A stretch of DNA of 64,000 nucleotides from Polymyxa betae A26-41. Taxonomy: Eukaryota; Protista; Endomyxa: Phytomyxea. This document shows positions 49,300 through 61,627 of the stretch, in pieces. A program made the translations under genes and the position numbers. A model generated the notes under the pieces. It was not told where the DNA came from. It searched no databases and worked only from the letters and a program-made list of their open reading frames with translations. The number at the start of each line of letters is the position of its first letter. Position 1 is the first letter of the stretch. The stretch is from assembly GCA_003693705.1 (NCBI GenBank), contig RBZT01000435.1, positions 265,816 through 329,815 on the forward strand, in the 5' to 3' direction.

Positions 49300-50100
49300 G
49301 TCTATTCTGGTAGCGAGAAAGCCTTCGTTCAATGGGATCGTGATTCCGTTTCCGATTGTTGCTCGTACTGTTCTTCTGCATTTACAACATTCAATCGTCG
49401 TCATCACTGCCGATCCTGTGGCATTCTAATATGCCATGATTGCTCGCCGTATACAGCTTGGCTGCCCCAGCTCGGCTACGATTCGGAAGTGCCTCAAAGA
49501 GTGTGCTCATTCTGTGCTACTAAGGGCTTAAATGTTATCGAATTAGAAGTGGAAGCATACAACCTTTGTCAGAGCAAGCTTTGGAAAGAGCAATCGCCAA
49601 GCTTGGATCGAATTAGCTCGGTTTTCGAATCCGCAAAGTCTCTGCAAAACTTCAATTCGTATTTGCTCGACAAATTAAGGACCCAATTTGCGGTTTTAGC
49701 CAAAGCTGAAGTTTCTAATTGCATTTATGCTTTGTCGAAAACTGGATCGTTCCCGGACTTGAAGACAACTGTTGGCGAATGCTCACGAGTACGAGATATC
49801 TGTTCTCAGTTCAAAAGCGATCTCGAGATAGACATAGCCCAGTTAATTACTTCGCTTGATGCTGCAAAAGAACGTCTTTCAATGTCTGAACCAAAGTCAT
49901 CACCTGCAACACCCAACCGGCGTCAATTGTCTCCTGTGATTCGTGTCAAGAAGGTTCGATTCGCTCCCTTCGAAGTTTCTCACATCCCGGTCCTTACAAG
50001 CACAGTTCCAGGACGAATCCGAGCCAAAAGTCGCCTGCAGCGCATTTCTATGGGTGTTCCACAATCCGTTCACGCTCGCACCAGCCCCATTGTTTGCTAA
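49300..50100 (+). CDS. FYVE zinc-finger protein (last exon; upstream exons unresolved)
   Basis: Frame open from the acceptor at 49300: WDRD...CSYC...FTTFNRRHHCRSCGILICHDCS...RVCSFC, in frame with ORF 49489-50100. Confidence 0.88.
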   Translation, partial: VYSGSEKAFVQWDRDSVSDCCSYCSSAFTTFNRRHHCRSCGILICHDCSPYTAWLPQLGYDSEVPQRVCSFCATKGLNVIELEVEAYNLCQSKLWKEQSPSLDRISSVFESAKSLQNFNSYLLDKLRTQFAVLAKAEVSNCIYALSKTGSFPDLKTTVGECSRVRDICSQFKSDLEIDIAQLITSLDAAKERLSMSEPKSSPATPNRRQLSPVIRVKKVRFAPFEVSHIPVLTSTVPGRIRAKSRLQRISMGVPQSVHARTSPIVC

Positions 50101-50662
50101 CAAATTAATATTCGTTTGGAAAATACATTTATCGCGAGAGGTTTCCGAACTGTTCTGCTAAGAACTTGCTTTGCCGGTTTCCATCCTAACGCTTAGCTCT
50201 ACAGCGAGTCAATGCTTCACGATAACGAATGAGAAGGCCAAAGGTAATCTGGGCTCCAAAAGGTGGTTGGGTTACGTGGCAGAAGAACGTAGTCGGTCAG
50301 TGGCAGTCGTTGCTAAAACTTCTATGTTAAAGGTCAAGCCTCTTCCATCCTGAATCATTCACCAATTGGATCCCTTTATTGTCTGTAGTATAACCGACAT
50401 GCATGGCGAGCCAGTTGTCCCGACGATTCGATTCGATTCGATTGGTTTGTTGATCTTAAGTCAACAGGCGGCCAAGGCGCAAGGCCTGAAGTAGTCGGGA
50501 AACATCCCTTCCATATCTTCAGGTGCCAATACTTCCAGACTTCAGAGCTGTCCTTCATTTCAGCCGCAGTTGGCACGAGGTATCCAGCAAAAATATCTCC
50601 TGAGAGCGTCATCAGTACCATTAATTGGTGGTCGTTCCAGCTGGTGGTTTTGACTCCAGCTA

Positions 50663-51352
50663 ATGGGGAACGCAGCGTCCACCGGCACATCTACCTCTGG
50701 AGATATCAATATAGATGTATCGAATGGCATTTGTAATCTCATGGTTCTGCAATTCCAGATAGAAAATGAATTCTGTGTGAACAGTTGATGAAGACGAGCT
50801 CAGGCGTCTGTACAAGCGCTTCAGAAAAATCGATACCGATAAGTCTGGAGGTGTTTCTCTTGAAGAATTTTTGGCAGTACCCTACCTCCTGCATAATCCA
50901 TTAGTCAAGAGGGTCACTGATATTTTTGATACTGATAAGAACGGTCAAGTCGACTTCAAGGAATTTATCGAAGCACTGAGCATATTCACCGGAGCTGCTA
51001 ATCAAGATGCTGCCAAGCTATCCTGTACTGGTTTAATTGAAATACTATAGCCTTTCTAACGTTGGGTAGTTGTGTTTAGGATTTATGATGTGAACAATGA
51101 TGGGTTTATATCCAATGGGGATCTTTTCCAGGTTCTGAAAATCATGGTGGGCGACAACTTAACAGAAGTGCAATTACAGCAATTGGTAGATCGTACAATA
51201 GCGCTGGGCGATACTGATTTTGATGGCAAACTATCATTTGAAGAATTTTCCAAGGTATGAGGATTGTATGTTTCTTAACTTTGTCAACTGATTAAGAGTC
51301 CCAGATGGTTGCAGAATCAAATATTGAAGGAAAACTCACACTCGAAATATAA
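50663..51352 (+). CDS. CNB1: Calcineurin B regulatory subunit
   Basis: MGNAAS (myristoylation Gly2); [64 protein letters not shown]; 3 introns. Confidence 0.95.
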
Positions 51353-51626
51353 TACATACTGTATAACAACAATTGCTTCCAGCAAAGTACATATGCTTGG
51401 TGCCTTTCTAGAAAGTAGGTCGATGGGTTTCTCCAAAATCGGTCACCTTCCGTTCTGTTTACGGCCAAATATAATTTGGTATTGAGCAGCCATTCAGTTT
51501 CAGGGAGACTGTACGGCACGGTTTTCAAGCCATGCTGCCGGTAATGAGTAACGGAATATACCGTTACCGTTTCTGGATGAATTCTAACCCAGTAATCCGA
51601 TCTAGAGTTGTTTGTCTTAGCAGCTC

Positions 51627-53629
51627 ATGGTCACTGCCGTCGTGATCATCTTGTTGGTTGCCGTCGTTAACGTCTTCAGTCAGTCTTGTCTAAATACGCA
51701 CGATGCTGGTCTCGTCGTACAGCTTGGGCTAAAGGTATGGTCATGCTCCTGAACGTGACCTCTTTAACTGTTTCTTAGCGGCCGATTGATATAAAACTGC
51801 TCGGAGACGAATGCCGGAAATGCTTTTGGAAGTACCAGTATTGCTCGTATGAAGAGCTTGAAGACTGTGACGAAGAATTCACAAAATGTTCCGGGTTCCC
51901 AGAGCATCCATCATCGGATTCAGATCTCTCAACCTGGGAGGCAACAAATTCCCAGCCGAACCTGTTCTTCACGGATTCGGTTGGCATCGACATTGTTGGG
52001 GTTCGCTCGCTGAGAAATCTGGCTAATGGCAGCGTTCTTGTGGAAGGATTGACCAACAGAATCGTTCACGTTTCTCAAGGCGATGTCGTCAGTGTAAATG
52101 CAGGAAAAGTTGACTTGGAATTAGAAGGATTGCCTGCTGAGAATATCCAGCTATCATCAATTTCACATCGAATTCATAACAATGGCACCGAAATCGTTGC
52201 CTATCTAGATTACGATGAGCGCGTACATTTCGCTGTTCGCGCTTCCAGGCGCCAGACATGGAACATCCAGCAATTGACAACTGCTGGCGCGAGTCCCGCT
52301 ATAGAGCTCTTTGATGACGAGATTCATATTCTCTATCCGCATTCTAACTTGACGCTAATGCATTGGAGCAGTACGGACGGGTTTCTCGCAACGAAACTGA
52401 AAACAACAGCCGCTGTTTCTTTATGCCATACTGGAAAGCGACTGGTGATGCTGTTGCAGAGCGTACGAACGTCTGGCCTAGACGTCTCTATATTCAACCC
52501 TAAGAGCAGACGCTGGGAGCATCCGATGCCTACATCGCAGAATGTTGACATCGGTGTGGCACCAGTATTCACCGCTAATGATCAAGAGCCAGGATGTCCT
52601 CTGGTGCTATTCGCTCTCGATGGTCGCTTGCACATGATGACGTTTCGCAATCTGAATGTATCGCCATCCAGCTGGATGCATGATCTTGCCGACAAAATCG
52701 GCGACATCCCGCTCACGAGGCTATTGATTCCTGGCAGTCACGATTCCGGATCGTATGGTATCACCACAGATTCAGCTCTGGGCCCAGTAGAGCAATTACA
52801 TCAGGATCTGGCCGATCTTCTTTCAAATCCGCTATTCAGCCAGATTGCAAGTCATGTTGCAAGAATGTGGTCGCGAGCACAAGGCAAGTCGCTGTTTGCA
52901 CAGCTACATTCCGGTATTCGCTATTTTGATTTTCGAGTCACATCTGGATCATTGGCGTTTCCGCCAATTTCATCCAATGGCGATCTTTTGAAAGACATGT
53001 TTATTGAGCATGTGATGATCTCTGTGCCGATTCTGGATGCTCTTCAACAGATCAAAGCATTCCTCGATGAAAGCCCGAAAGAGTTCCTGATTGTAGACCT
53101 GCAGCATATGACAGGGTTAGGCGACAAACTACGCATGTCGTTATTCGACGAAATCGAGCGTCTATTCCCGACTCAGAAAGCTGTTTGGAATTCTGTACCA
53201 AGCAGAATGACTCTGAATCAGATGTGGGCTGGAGGGTACCAGATGATATTCATGGCTTGTAGTGAAAGCGATGAGAGACCGTGGTTATGGCCTCGTACTC
53301 GCTCTCTGATCTCGCCTTGGCCAAACGTGCCAGATCCAAAAGATCTTAAAGAAGCCTTAGTAGCTGGGCTTGCTTCTCGCAAACAAGACCTGTTCTTTGT
53401 GTTGCAGGGCGTCTGTACTGAGAATGTCTTAACAATTGCTGAAGGATTCCTGGGACATAAGCCGAGATCGCTGAGAGAGCTAGCTTCACACACGTCACCG
53501 AAGGTTTTGGAATGGTTCAAAGATTGGCCTGACATGAACATTGTTATGGTTGATTGGATTGAAGATTCGTCATTGGTCGCGTCTTGCATTCAGGCGAATC
53601 TAGTTTTGAATAAATTCTTACCAATCTAA
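51627..53629 (+). CDS. Secreted PI-PLC X-domain protein with a long N-terminal extension
   Basis: Signal peptide MVTAVVIILLVAVVNVFS; SWMHDL..IPLTRLLIPGSHDSGSY, QLHSGIRYFDFRV, PKEFLIVDLQH, NIVMVDW. Confidence 0.88.
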
Positions 53630-53808
53630 TCAAAGTAGAATTTGTCTTTGCAACAGAAAAAGTTAAAATCGCTTCTTAAAAGGTAAACATATCATCCAGC
53701 AAATTCTACGAATGTCAATCGTGAGGGTCTCAAGCCGATCTTCTATTCCTTGGTTTTGCAAAAGTGAAAGATTTAGCAAAGACGACACTTTATAGGCAAT
53801 CGATATTT

Positions 53809-55041
53809 TTATAAATCAAGATCATCCTTTGCAAAAGACTCGGCATCATAAACTGTGGCACGAATCCGACGACCTCCAAACAACCTTCCATTCAGAGCGT
53901 CTAGCGCTTTCTTTGAACTTATATCGTCATCAAACTTGATAAAAATTCTCACATCATCAGCACGTTCATAGATTCGACATTGCAGAACGTTGCCGAACTT
54001 CCTACACTCTTCAGCAGTCTCCCGATCCAAATCTGGATCAACCTCGCCTCTCCCGACCATGTTTTCAAGCAAAATAACACAGCCGAGTTCGATCTTTTGC
54101 TTTTTCTTTTTCGCACTAGGTTCTGCGATTTTCAAGTGCCCGCTGCTATCCTTTTTGGCCACAAGCGCTTGTTTGATTCCCTGGCCTTGCGCACCGAGAC
54201 CTTGACCAGTTTGCCATCCCATCTTCGCCCTATAAATCGCCTGAGAGTCCAAGACACAAATACTGCAAAGCAACATACATCAATCGCTCTGCAACGCTTT
54301 GCTTAGCAACAGGTTGGGTAGTTGAAACAGATACAGGGGGATTGTATGGTTCTGGCGAAGGCGATCTTGGTGCCGGAGGGGGTGATGGGGCTTGTTCTGG
54401 GGTTGGTGCCACACCACTCATACGCATTCGTCTCATATAGGCATCCTCTCCTGACATCTTCAAATCAAGAGGCTCGACAGATTGCTTCTCTTGTTTCGCT
54501 TCTTGAGCTTTCAGAAACTCCTGCAGTTCGCGCTCACGTTGCAATCGATCCCGCTCAGCGCGCCTTTCGCGACACAGCTGTAGATATTCGTTAGGAACGG
54601 CCGGGTCGTATTCCTCGTGGGGTTTCTCTTCCTGATCTTCTTCTTTATCGTGAGTTATTTCGATGGAAGGTCGAGCTCGAGGTAGGCTATGATGCACCAT
54701 ATTGACGATGGAGGCGGCAGGCTTGACGGCCTTCATCATCAGCGGCTTCTTCCTTGGAGCTTCAGACACCGGCCGTGGCTTCTGTCTTACAATGTTGATC
54801 TGTGGTATCAGAAGCGGTGGAGCCGCCGAACATCCTGCTATTGATTGCGTCAAATCCCATTAGCGAAGCCGTCATAAAAACACGATGCTGCGAGCGGACC
54901 AGTTGCTTTATCGTATGCCGGCGCGGGACCAGTTGCTTTATCGTATGCCGGCGCGGCTGCTGTTGGTGTCGTAGCCGGGACCTCTAGCGAAGGTTTAACA
55001 GGCTCATCGGACGCAGGCGGTAGGTCTGAGTACAGCGACAT
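53809..55041 (-). CDS. RBM17: Splicing factor 45 (G-patch + UHM)
   Basis: MSLYSDLP, EYDPAVPNEY, SGEDAYMRR, KMGWQTGQGLG, VILLENMVGRGEVD...EECRKFG, LNGRLFGGR. Confidence 0.93.
54896..54956. repeat. 30-bp perfect tandem duplication in SPF45 exon 1
   Basis: ggaccagttgctttatcgtatgccggcgcg x2, encoding APAYDKATG. Confidence 0.95.
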
Positions 55042-55667
55042 TTTCGCCAAATATAACAGCTTATGTAAAAATGAGACAAAAACGAATGAAAAAAACCACT
55101 AGAAAAATAGAGCGCAGTTTTTAGAATTTACGGCTTGCCTTTACGTTACATTCCAGAAGCTGCGCCAGTTTTCACAGAATCAAAAAATCACGAATCAGAG
55201 GCTTTGCTGCTTTCTCCAGGTCAATTCATATTACATTCTGGTTCCGCGACAGTGAACAGTATGTACGTATAAGAATATGCATTTCTGCCAGTACATGTTG
55301 AGATTCGTAGCTGAGTGTCATTGAATGATGTCTGTCAATCATGCTGCGCTTCCGCCAGTTTGGTACCTGAAAGATATTCCGACATCCCGTTGAATAAAAT
55401 TGACGCATGTTCCAATTTATTATTCTTAGAGACGAGTCGGGCATTCCTTGCTCGCTGCAAGTTTCTTCAGGACGGCTTGACTCCACGTTGAGCTTAGAAT
55501 CGAATTAAGTACGAACAGATCTCCAAAGTACCAACCTCGACAGAAGCATTGACTCCAGTCGAATCCCGCGTTAGCAATCTTAAAATACGGCAATCATTCG
55601 AGGACTTTGCAATATTGTATTCTTCGTAACCATAAAAACGCTGTCAATGATAACATCAGGGAAGCGC

Positions 55668-57960
55668 CTAATACGCCATCAACATTGTCGATGTGTGTCG
55701 GTCAAGAGACGACTGATAATGAACATTGAAGCTGTTTATTTCTTCCTGATCCTCTTGATAGGTTTTGCGCCCTTTCCGGGAGGTCCTTTGCGCTTGTCGC
55801 CAAAGCGCTGCTTGCCCTTGAACTCCTCCATCTCTCGAAGATCCTGAAGCAATCATCAGGCGTTTCCAGAAACAAAAGGCAACCGATTTTTGTTAACAGT
55901 TTGCCGAACAATTCCAAAGCTCAACAAAATACAAAAGTCTCACCATCTGGGCGACTCTCTGCGCTTCGGTAACCCGTTCGTACAGGACCATGACCTCCTC
56001 CTGCTCGGCCTCGAACTCCTTCATTTGGGATCCGATCACTAAACAGAATCATCAACAGGAAATCAGCTCAGACGAATCCAATCCCGACATTGTTCGATGC
56101 GTTGGAACAGCTCGACGTCGTACTGGGACACCAGCGTGATCGACGTTCCAGAGCGACCGGCACGGGCAGTACGACCGACTCGATGGATGTAGTCCTTGGA
56201 GTGCGTCGGGATATCGTAATTCACTACACAGTCGACGCTGGGAATATCCAGACCTCTGTAATCATATTTATCAGCATATCACCTCATGAAAGAAATCATC
56301 ACCACGATGCAAGTACGAGAAAATCAGCAACAAAAGGAAAACACAGAATCGAAGAAAGAAACAAAAGCAGCGAAAAAGAAAGTTGAAAGCAGAAAGAGTC
56401 AAAACAAAACAAAATGTAAAGCAGCAAGTGAAAAGTTTGAAAAAGGATGTCACTTAGAAGGAAAGCCATTGACAGTAAAATAAAAAAGAAAGTCAAAAAG
56501 TCAAGAAATGGAGACTAAAAATAGAGAAGTAAAGAAATGATTTTCAAGAGAATTGAAAAAAAGAGAACAACGCAATTTCTAAAATGAAGTTCAAAAAGGA
56601 GACCTGGAAGCGACATCGGTAGCGACGAGAATCTTCCTTTCTCCGGACTTGAACTTATTTAGAGCGCCGAGTCGTTTTGGCTGGGTCATCTGCCCATGGA
56701 GCGGTACGGCCGGGAACCCCAGCGCCCGCAGAAGGAACGCGATCCGGGCCGTGGTCCGCACCGTATCCGTGAAGATGATCACGCTACCGCCCGTGAACTC
56801 ATTCAACGCATGAACCAGGTAACAGTCTTTATGTTTCGCCGGCACGAATTTGTACTGGACCAGGGCATGTCAGTCAGCGCGACGGGACGGAGGCGGCGGC
56901 CGAGTACCTGCTGGACCAGACCGGACGCGGTCTGGTATTTGTCGGAGACGGAGACCTTGACGGGGTTGCTGAGCGAGGCGCGCTGCAGCTTCGCGACCCG
57001 CGACGTCATCGTTGCCGAGAACAGCATCGTGGTGCGTTCCTTGGGCAGTACGCCCAGCAGCGTTTCGATCTCGGACTCGAAATCCATCGTCAAAAGGCGA
57101 TCGGCTTCGTCTAGAACCAGAAACTAGACACGATGGTCAATTGGGGCTTTCCATCAACTTTTTTCACTGAACAAAATTCAAATTTCGAAGAGAATCTTTA
57201 AACTTTTCAAATGAAAGTATGGTTTAAAGAGAATTTTTAAACTCTTTAAATGAGATTATTTCGAAATTGCGTTCGAATGATAACATCAAATCCATGCAAA
57301 AATGAGGAAATTACTTCTCAACAAAAAAATCGCAAAAATTATTCGAATTTTGTCGAAGAAAGTATTTAAGCTTTCAAAAAATCAATTCGATTACGCGCAG
57401 CTTGGATAAATTGAATCCTTTCGTGTTCTGCAGGTGATCAACGAGTCGGCCGGGAGTCGCCACGACAATATGCGGGTTCCTGTAACATTACAGCCGCATC
57501 GTCAGCGACAGTTACCAGAATTCGTTCCAAATCCCCACGGGTCGTACCGGGACAGCGCAATCGACTGCTGCATCATATCGATACCACCGACCAGGCAGGC
57601 GACCTTAACGCCGAACGATGCTCCGAGCGCCTCGAACTGCTCCTGGATCTGGTAGGCCAGCTCACGGGTCGGGGCCAGTACGAGCCCGAAGAAGCGCTGC
57701 GGCGTCTCGAGCAGCGCCTGGAGAATGGGGATGGCGAAGGCGGCCGTTTTCCCGGACCCGGTCTCGGCCAGACCGATGACATCGCGGCCGCCGATCGCGT
57801 GCGGAATCGCCTCGGCCTGGATCCGGGTCGGCCGATGGAAGCCGAGCGCCTCGCAGGCCTCGACCAGCTGCGGACAGACGCCCAGGCCGGCGAAAGTAGC
57901 GGCTGGCTCGGCGACGACGTCCTGATCGCTGTCGCTATGATCGCTCTCTATCATCGCCAT
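55668..57960 (-). CDS. DDX47: DEAD-box rRNA helicase DDX47/Rrp3
   Basis: Q motif, [61 protein letters not shown]. Confidence 0.96.
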
Positions 57961-58038
57961 CTGTATGGAAATGTCAAAGCGAGATGGAAGAAGGGACCTG
58001 GACGCAGTCCGTCACGCATTGTTTACGAAAGTTGCGTA

Positions 58039-58181
58039 CGCAGTTTTGTTGTTGGATCACTTTCACGAACTCATGCGGCGCAGTTTTGTGGTTGGATGAA
58101 TTTTCACGAACTTACGCGGCGCAGTTTTGTCGCTGGATCAATTTTCACGAACTCTCGCGACGCACTTTTTGTTTGTTTCAC
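58039..58181. repeat. About 40-41-bp degenerate tandem repeat (about 3.5 copies)
   Basis: cgcagttttgt..tggat...tttcacgaact..gcg units starting 58039, 58079, 58120, plus a partial copy. Confidence 0.9.
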
Positions 58182-58278
58182 TCGGTGTTGACTGTCCGGT
58201 TCGTCCTCTGGCAATGGAAATGATTGATGATTTGCATGCTGTGGACAGCGCCTTTGAATTGTTCAATAAACGACATTA

Positions 58279-59107
58279 ATGCAGCGCTCGATACAATCGG
58301 TCGTACTGGAGCGCGTCTTGGAGCTGGCCCATGGCGACGATCTGCGGCATTGGCGGACAACCAACACCCCTCGCCAGCTGTCGTACGTCCCGATCTCGGG
58401 GCTTCTCTATTCCAAGACGAGTTTTTCGCGTATCACATTGCACGTATCCGCATCTCTCCGAGGTCGTACTGGACCGGGTCTGCTGCTGCTGCCCCGGAAT
58501 TTCCCGAATCGATACTGCGAATCGGAATCCGATTTGGATTTATTCAGCGATAGTGGATATCGTCGATGGAAGGCGCGATCGTCGTACTGCTCCTTTCGCC
58601 CTCTTGCAGCGTCGATAACGTTTCGATCTCATTCTGGCGTGATTGCGCGCCCCGCAAGTCCGTAACGAAGTGTCGTTTCGATTCATTGCTGGTGGGCTGG
58701 CGCTGAGCAACCGCCGATTCGATCTTTTCGTCTCATCCGCAATCCTGGTCCAGCACGCCAACCTCGATTTGCTGTTATCGCGTGCAATGATCACACGACA
58801 GGAAGCGGGCGTTGACAACCCATGCGAGCCAAGTCGCGCAAGAATCGCGACGACAACAGCCACGAAGCGTCTTTTTACCATGAACAAACCAACAGGCGCG
58901 TGGCGGTCGTTTTCGACGGTGTGCTCGGAAGCTGATGGAGCGGTATTCAGCTTCCTCGAGGAACATAAGATCGACATCGCGGCATCGGGTGCGTCTATGT
59001 CCTCCACTGATGGCGTTACTTCCCTTACTGCCATTGCCCAGAGCAACACTCCTGCCGGTAGTGGTCGTACTGGCAATGCGTGGCTGTTTGAATGTATCGA
59101 TTCGTGA
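58279..59107 (+). CDS. Hypothetical protein, possibly a divergent class I SAM-methyltransferase-like fold
   Basis: VLELAHG and RFIAG...RRFDLFVSSAIL resemble MTase motifs I and II but lie in different frames; exon structure unresolved. Confidence 0.3.
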
Positions 59108-59180
59108 GCGACTTCGTCTCGCTCACGATAAACAAATGTTCATTGTATCTAGAAACAGTGATTTGTTATTCAGATCTACA

Positions 59181-59586
59181 AACTGATAGATAGTCTGATG
59201 ACAGCGGGCGTCGCGGAATGGGGCCATGGGGTGACCCCAACTGATAGATAGTCTGTTGACAGCGGGCACCGCGGAATGGGGCCATGGGGTGACCCCAACT
59301 GATAGATAGTCTGTTGACAGCGGGCGTCGCGGAATGGGGCCATGGGGTGACCCCAACTGATAGATAGTCTGTTGACAGCGGGCGCCGCGGAATGGGGCCA
59401 TGGGGTGACCCCAACTGATAGATAGTCTGTTGACAGCAGGCGTCGCGGAATGGGGCCATGGGGTGACCCCAACTGATAGATAGTCTGTTGACAGCGGGCA
59501 CCGCGGAATGGGGCCATGGGGTGACCCCAACTGATAGATAGTCTGTTGACAGCGGGCGTCGCGGAATGGGGCCATGGGGTGACCCC
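59181..59586. repeat. 58-bp minisatellite, 7 near-identical copies
   Basis: Unit aactgatagatagtctgttgacagcgggc(gtc/acc/gcc)gcggaatggggccatggggtgacccc, no spacers. Confidence 0.98.
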
Positions 59587-59651
59587 ATATCGATCATCAC
59601 CCCTTTCGATCATCTCTCTCTCTCTATCAACCTCTTTGAACATTCAATAGT

Positions 59652-61540
59652 TTATTCGGTGTGTCGGGTCACTTTCGATCGGAGCTCCGCGGCGGAAGCC
59701 GAGAACAGCATCGACCCATACCGAGGAGGATGATGCAGCAGGCGCCGCTTCTGTTTCTCCACCGATCGCTGATGGCGTAGGAAGACCCAGATCGACAGCG
59801 ACGCGAACAGGCTGCCGATCAGCTCCGGCAGCGCCAGAATCGGGATGAAGAACAGGAACGGGCTGAGTAGCGCGAATCGACGCCCCAGGAACGACAGGAA
59901 CGTCGTCCCGAAACAGTGCTTGAGGGCTGAATCGCAAAACGCCAGGAAGCAGAACGTCAGATAGTTCTTGACGAAGAAACAGATCCCGCTGAGCGTCGAT
60001 AAGTCCAGGTCCAGTACGCCCGAGGAAACCATAAAAAACGTTCCACAAAACAGGTAAAAAAACATACTTTTGGTGCATTTGAAGAAAATAGAAATTTGGA
60101 AAATGTTAAATTTTAATTTGCAGAAAAATCAAAAAAATAATGAAACTGATTACCAGAGGAAGATCCAAAGGAGAATTCTGGCGGCGCTCTGATGATGATG
60201 CTCGCCGATCAGCATCTCGATGAAATGGCGCAGATCGTGGAAGCCGTTGCAGCCGTCCACGAAGATGGTCAAGACGCAGACCAGGGCGGTCGAGATCAGG
60301 GTCGTCACAAAGTACAGGTCGGAGACGTCGCTGAATCGCGGCAGCGTCCGGAGAGCGCGCAGCGCCAGTACCGACCTGGATCGGCGTCAACGACGATCGG
60401 GCAGACGGATACACGACGAACCTAACCGACGACGCCAGCGTAACGATCAGGGCGAAAAACAGCATACTGGATTTGTACTGAACGAAGTAGAAGCCTTCAA
60501 GAGAGATTTCAGGAAATGATCGAAGCAACAAAACCTGTTTGGGGAAACGATTGCGAAACGGCAAATAGAGGTAGAAAAAGGCGAATTCCGAAGAGCAGCA
60601 AGAAATCATTGTTGATCGAAAACTTTGAATAGCTCATCCAAAGAACAAGCAGAAAGCAAAAAGCGAATTGTGAAGAAAGCGAAAACGAAAATCGGTTCGC
60701 GGCGACCTCCGATCTCCAACGACAACACGAACAGGCTCAGGTACGCGTAGTCGCGTTTCGAATACTCCTCGTTCACGAGATGTTTCGCGATGATCGCCGT
60801 GAAGAACGGCTCTACGTATCACAGCAGTCGTCAGCGCGCGGATGGACCAGCACGACCGCATCGCACGACCCGACCTGTGACGCGGACCGCCTCGTAGAAG
60901 TAGAGCGTGCTGGGCGTGCGGGCGTTGATATCGAGCACGGCCAGATGGCAGAGCGTATGCGACATCGCCAGCGGGGCCAGTACGAGGAGATCGCCCCGAT
61001 CCACATCCAACGGAATCCACTTTTGTCGGAACAGACAGCCGGCCAATATTAGTGGCAGACAGATGACGCCCTGACGATCCCGTAAACATCATCGTCATAG
61101 AGACACCATTTCTTTGGTGAAAACGTCTTTCAGAGATAAAAAAACGCCTACGATGAAAACAACGAAAAACTTCATTCAAAAAACGGTTGATATCTAACAA
61201 ACAAAAAAAAAACAAAAAACTGAAGTGTGATAGGGTCATGCTGGACCTGGATGAAAGAGATGGCCCAGGGAATATCGAGGGATTCGAGGATCTTGAACCT
61301 GGACGAGTAATAATACCCGATCATGAGGAACCAGCCGAAGAACACGAATCGATTGGATTGCGGGCGGAAGCAGGTCCGATTCCGGGCCCGCGACTGTTCC
61401 AGGCTCTGAACCAGGGTCGACAGATGCGACGTCGTCTGCGCATCGTCGTCGTCGTCGGAGAAGGAGGAGGCGGCGCCGGCGTCGTCCGGCAGCAGCCGAT
61501 CGTGGCCATAGTCGTCGGCGGGATCCTCCCGGGTCTGCAT
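59652..61540 (-). CDS. Multi-exon DMT-superfamily transporter, triose-phosphate/SLC35E-like
   Basis: FFGWFLMIGYYYSS..KILE.LDIPWAISFIQ, LAPLAMSHTLCHLAV, YFYEAVR, plus several hydrophobic exons separated by T-rich introns. Confidence 0.6.
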
Positions 61541-61589
61541 CGGAAGTCGTCGTCTCGCAAATTTTCGAAACCAGACTGCCGTCGTGCGT

Positions 61590-61627
61590 TGGGGTTAGGG
61601 TTTTAGGGTTTTTTTTTGTTTTTTTTT
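61590..61627. repeat. Interstitial telomere-like repeats plus T-tract
   Basis: tggggttagggttttagggtttttttttgttttttt. Confidence 0.7.

Noticed and set aside
50170-50742. Minus-strand ORFs upstream of calcineurin B
   Set aside because: No recognisable motifs, and they partly overlap CNB1 exon 1 in antisense.
59194-59220. Hammerhead ribozyme (CTGATGA in the first repeat unit)
   Set aside because: No GAAA core or stem III, and the other copies read CTGTTGA.
59181-59586. CRISPR array, or the three repetitive minus-strand ORFs as real proteins
   Set aside because: Units are contiguous with no unique spacers, the context is eukaryotic with no cas genes, and the ORFs arise simply because the unit lacks stops.
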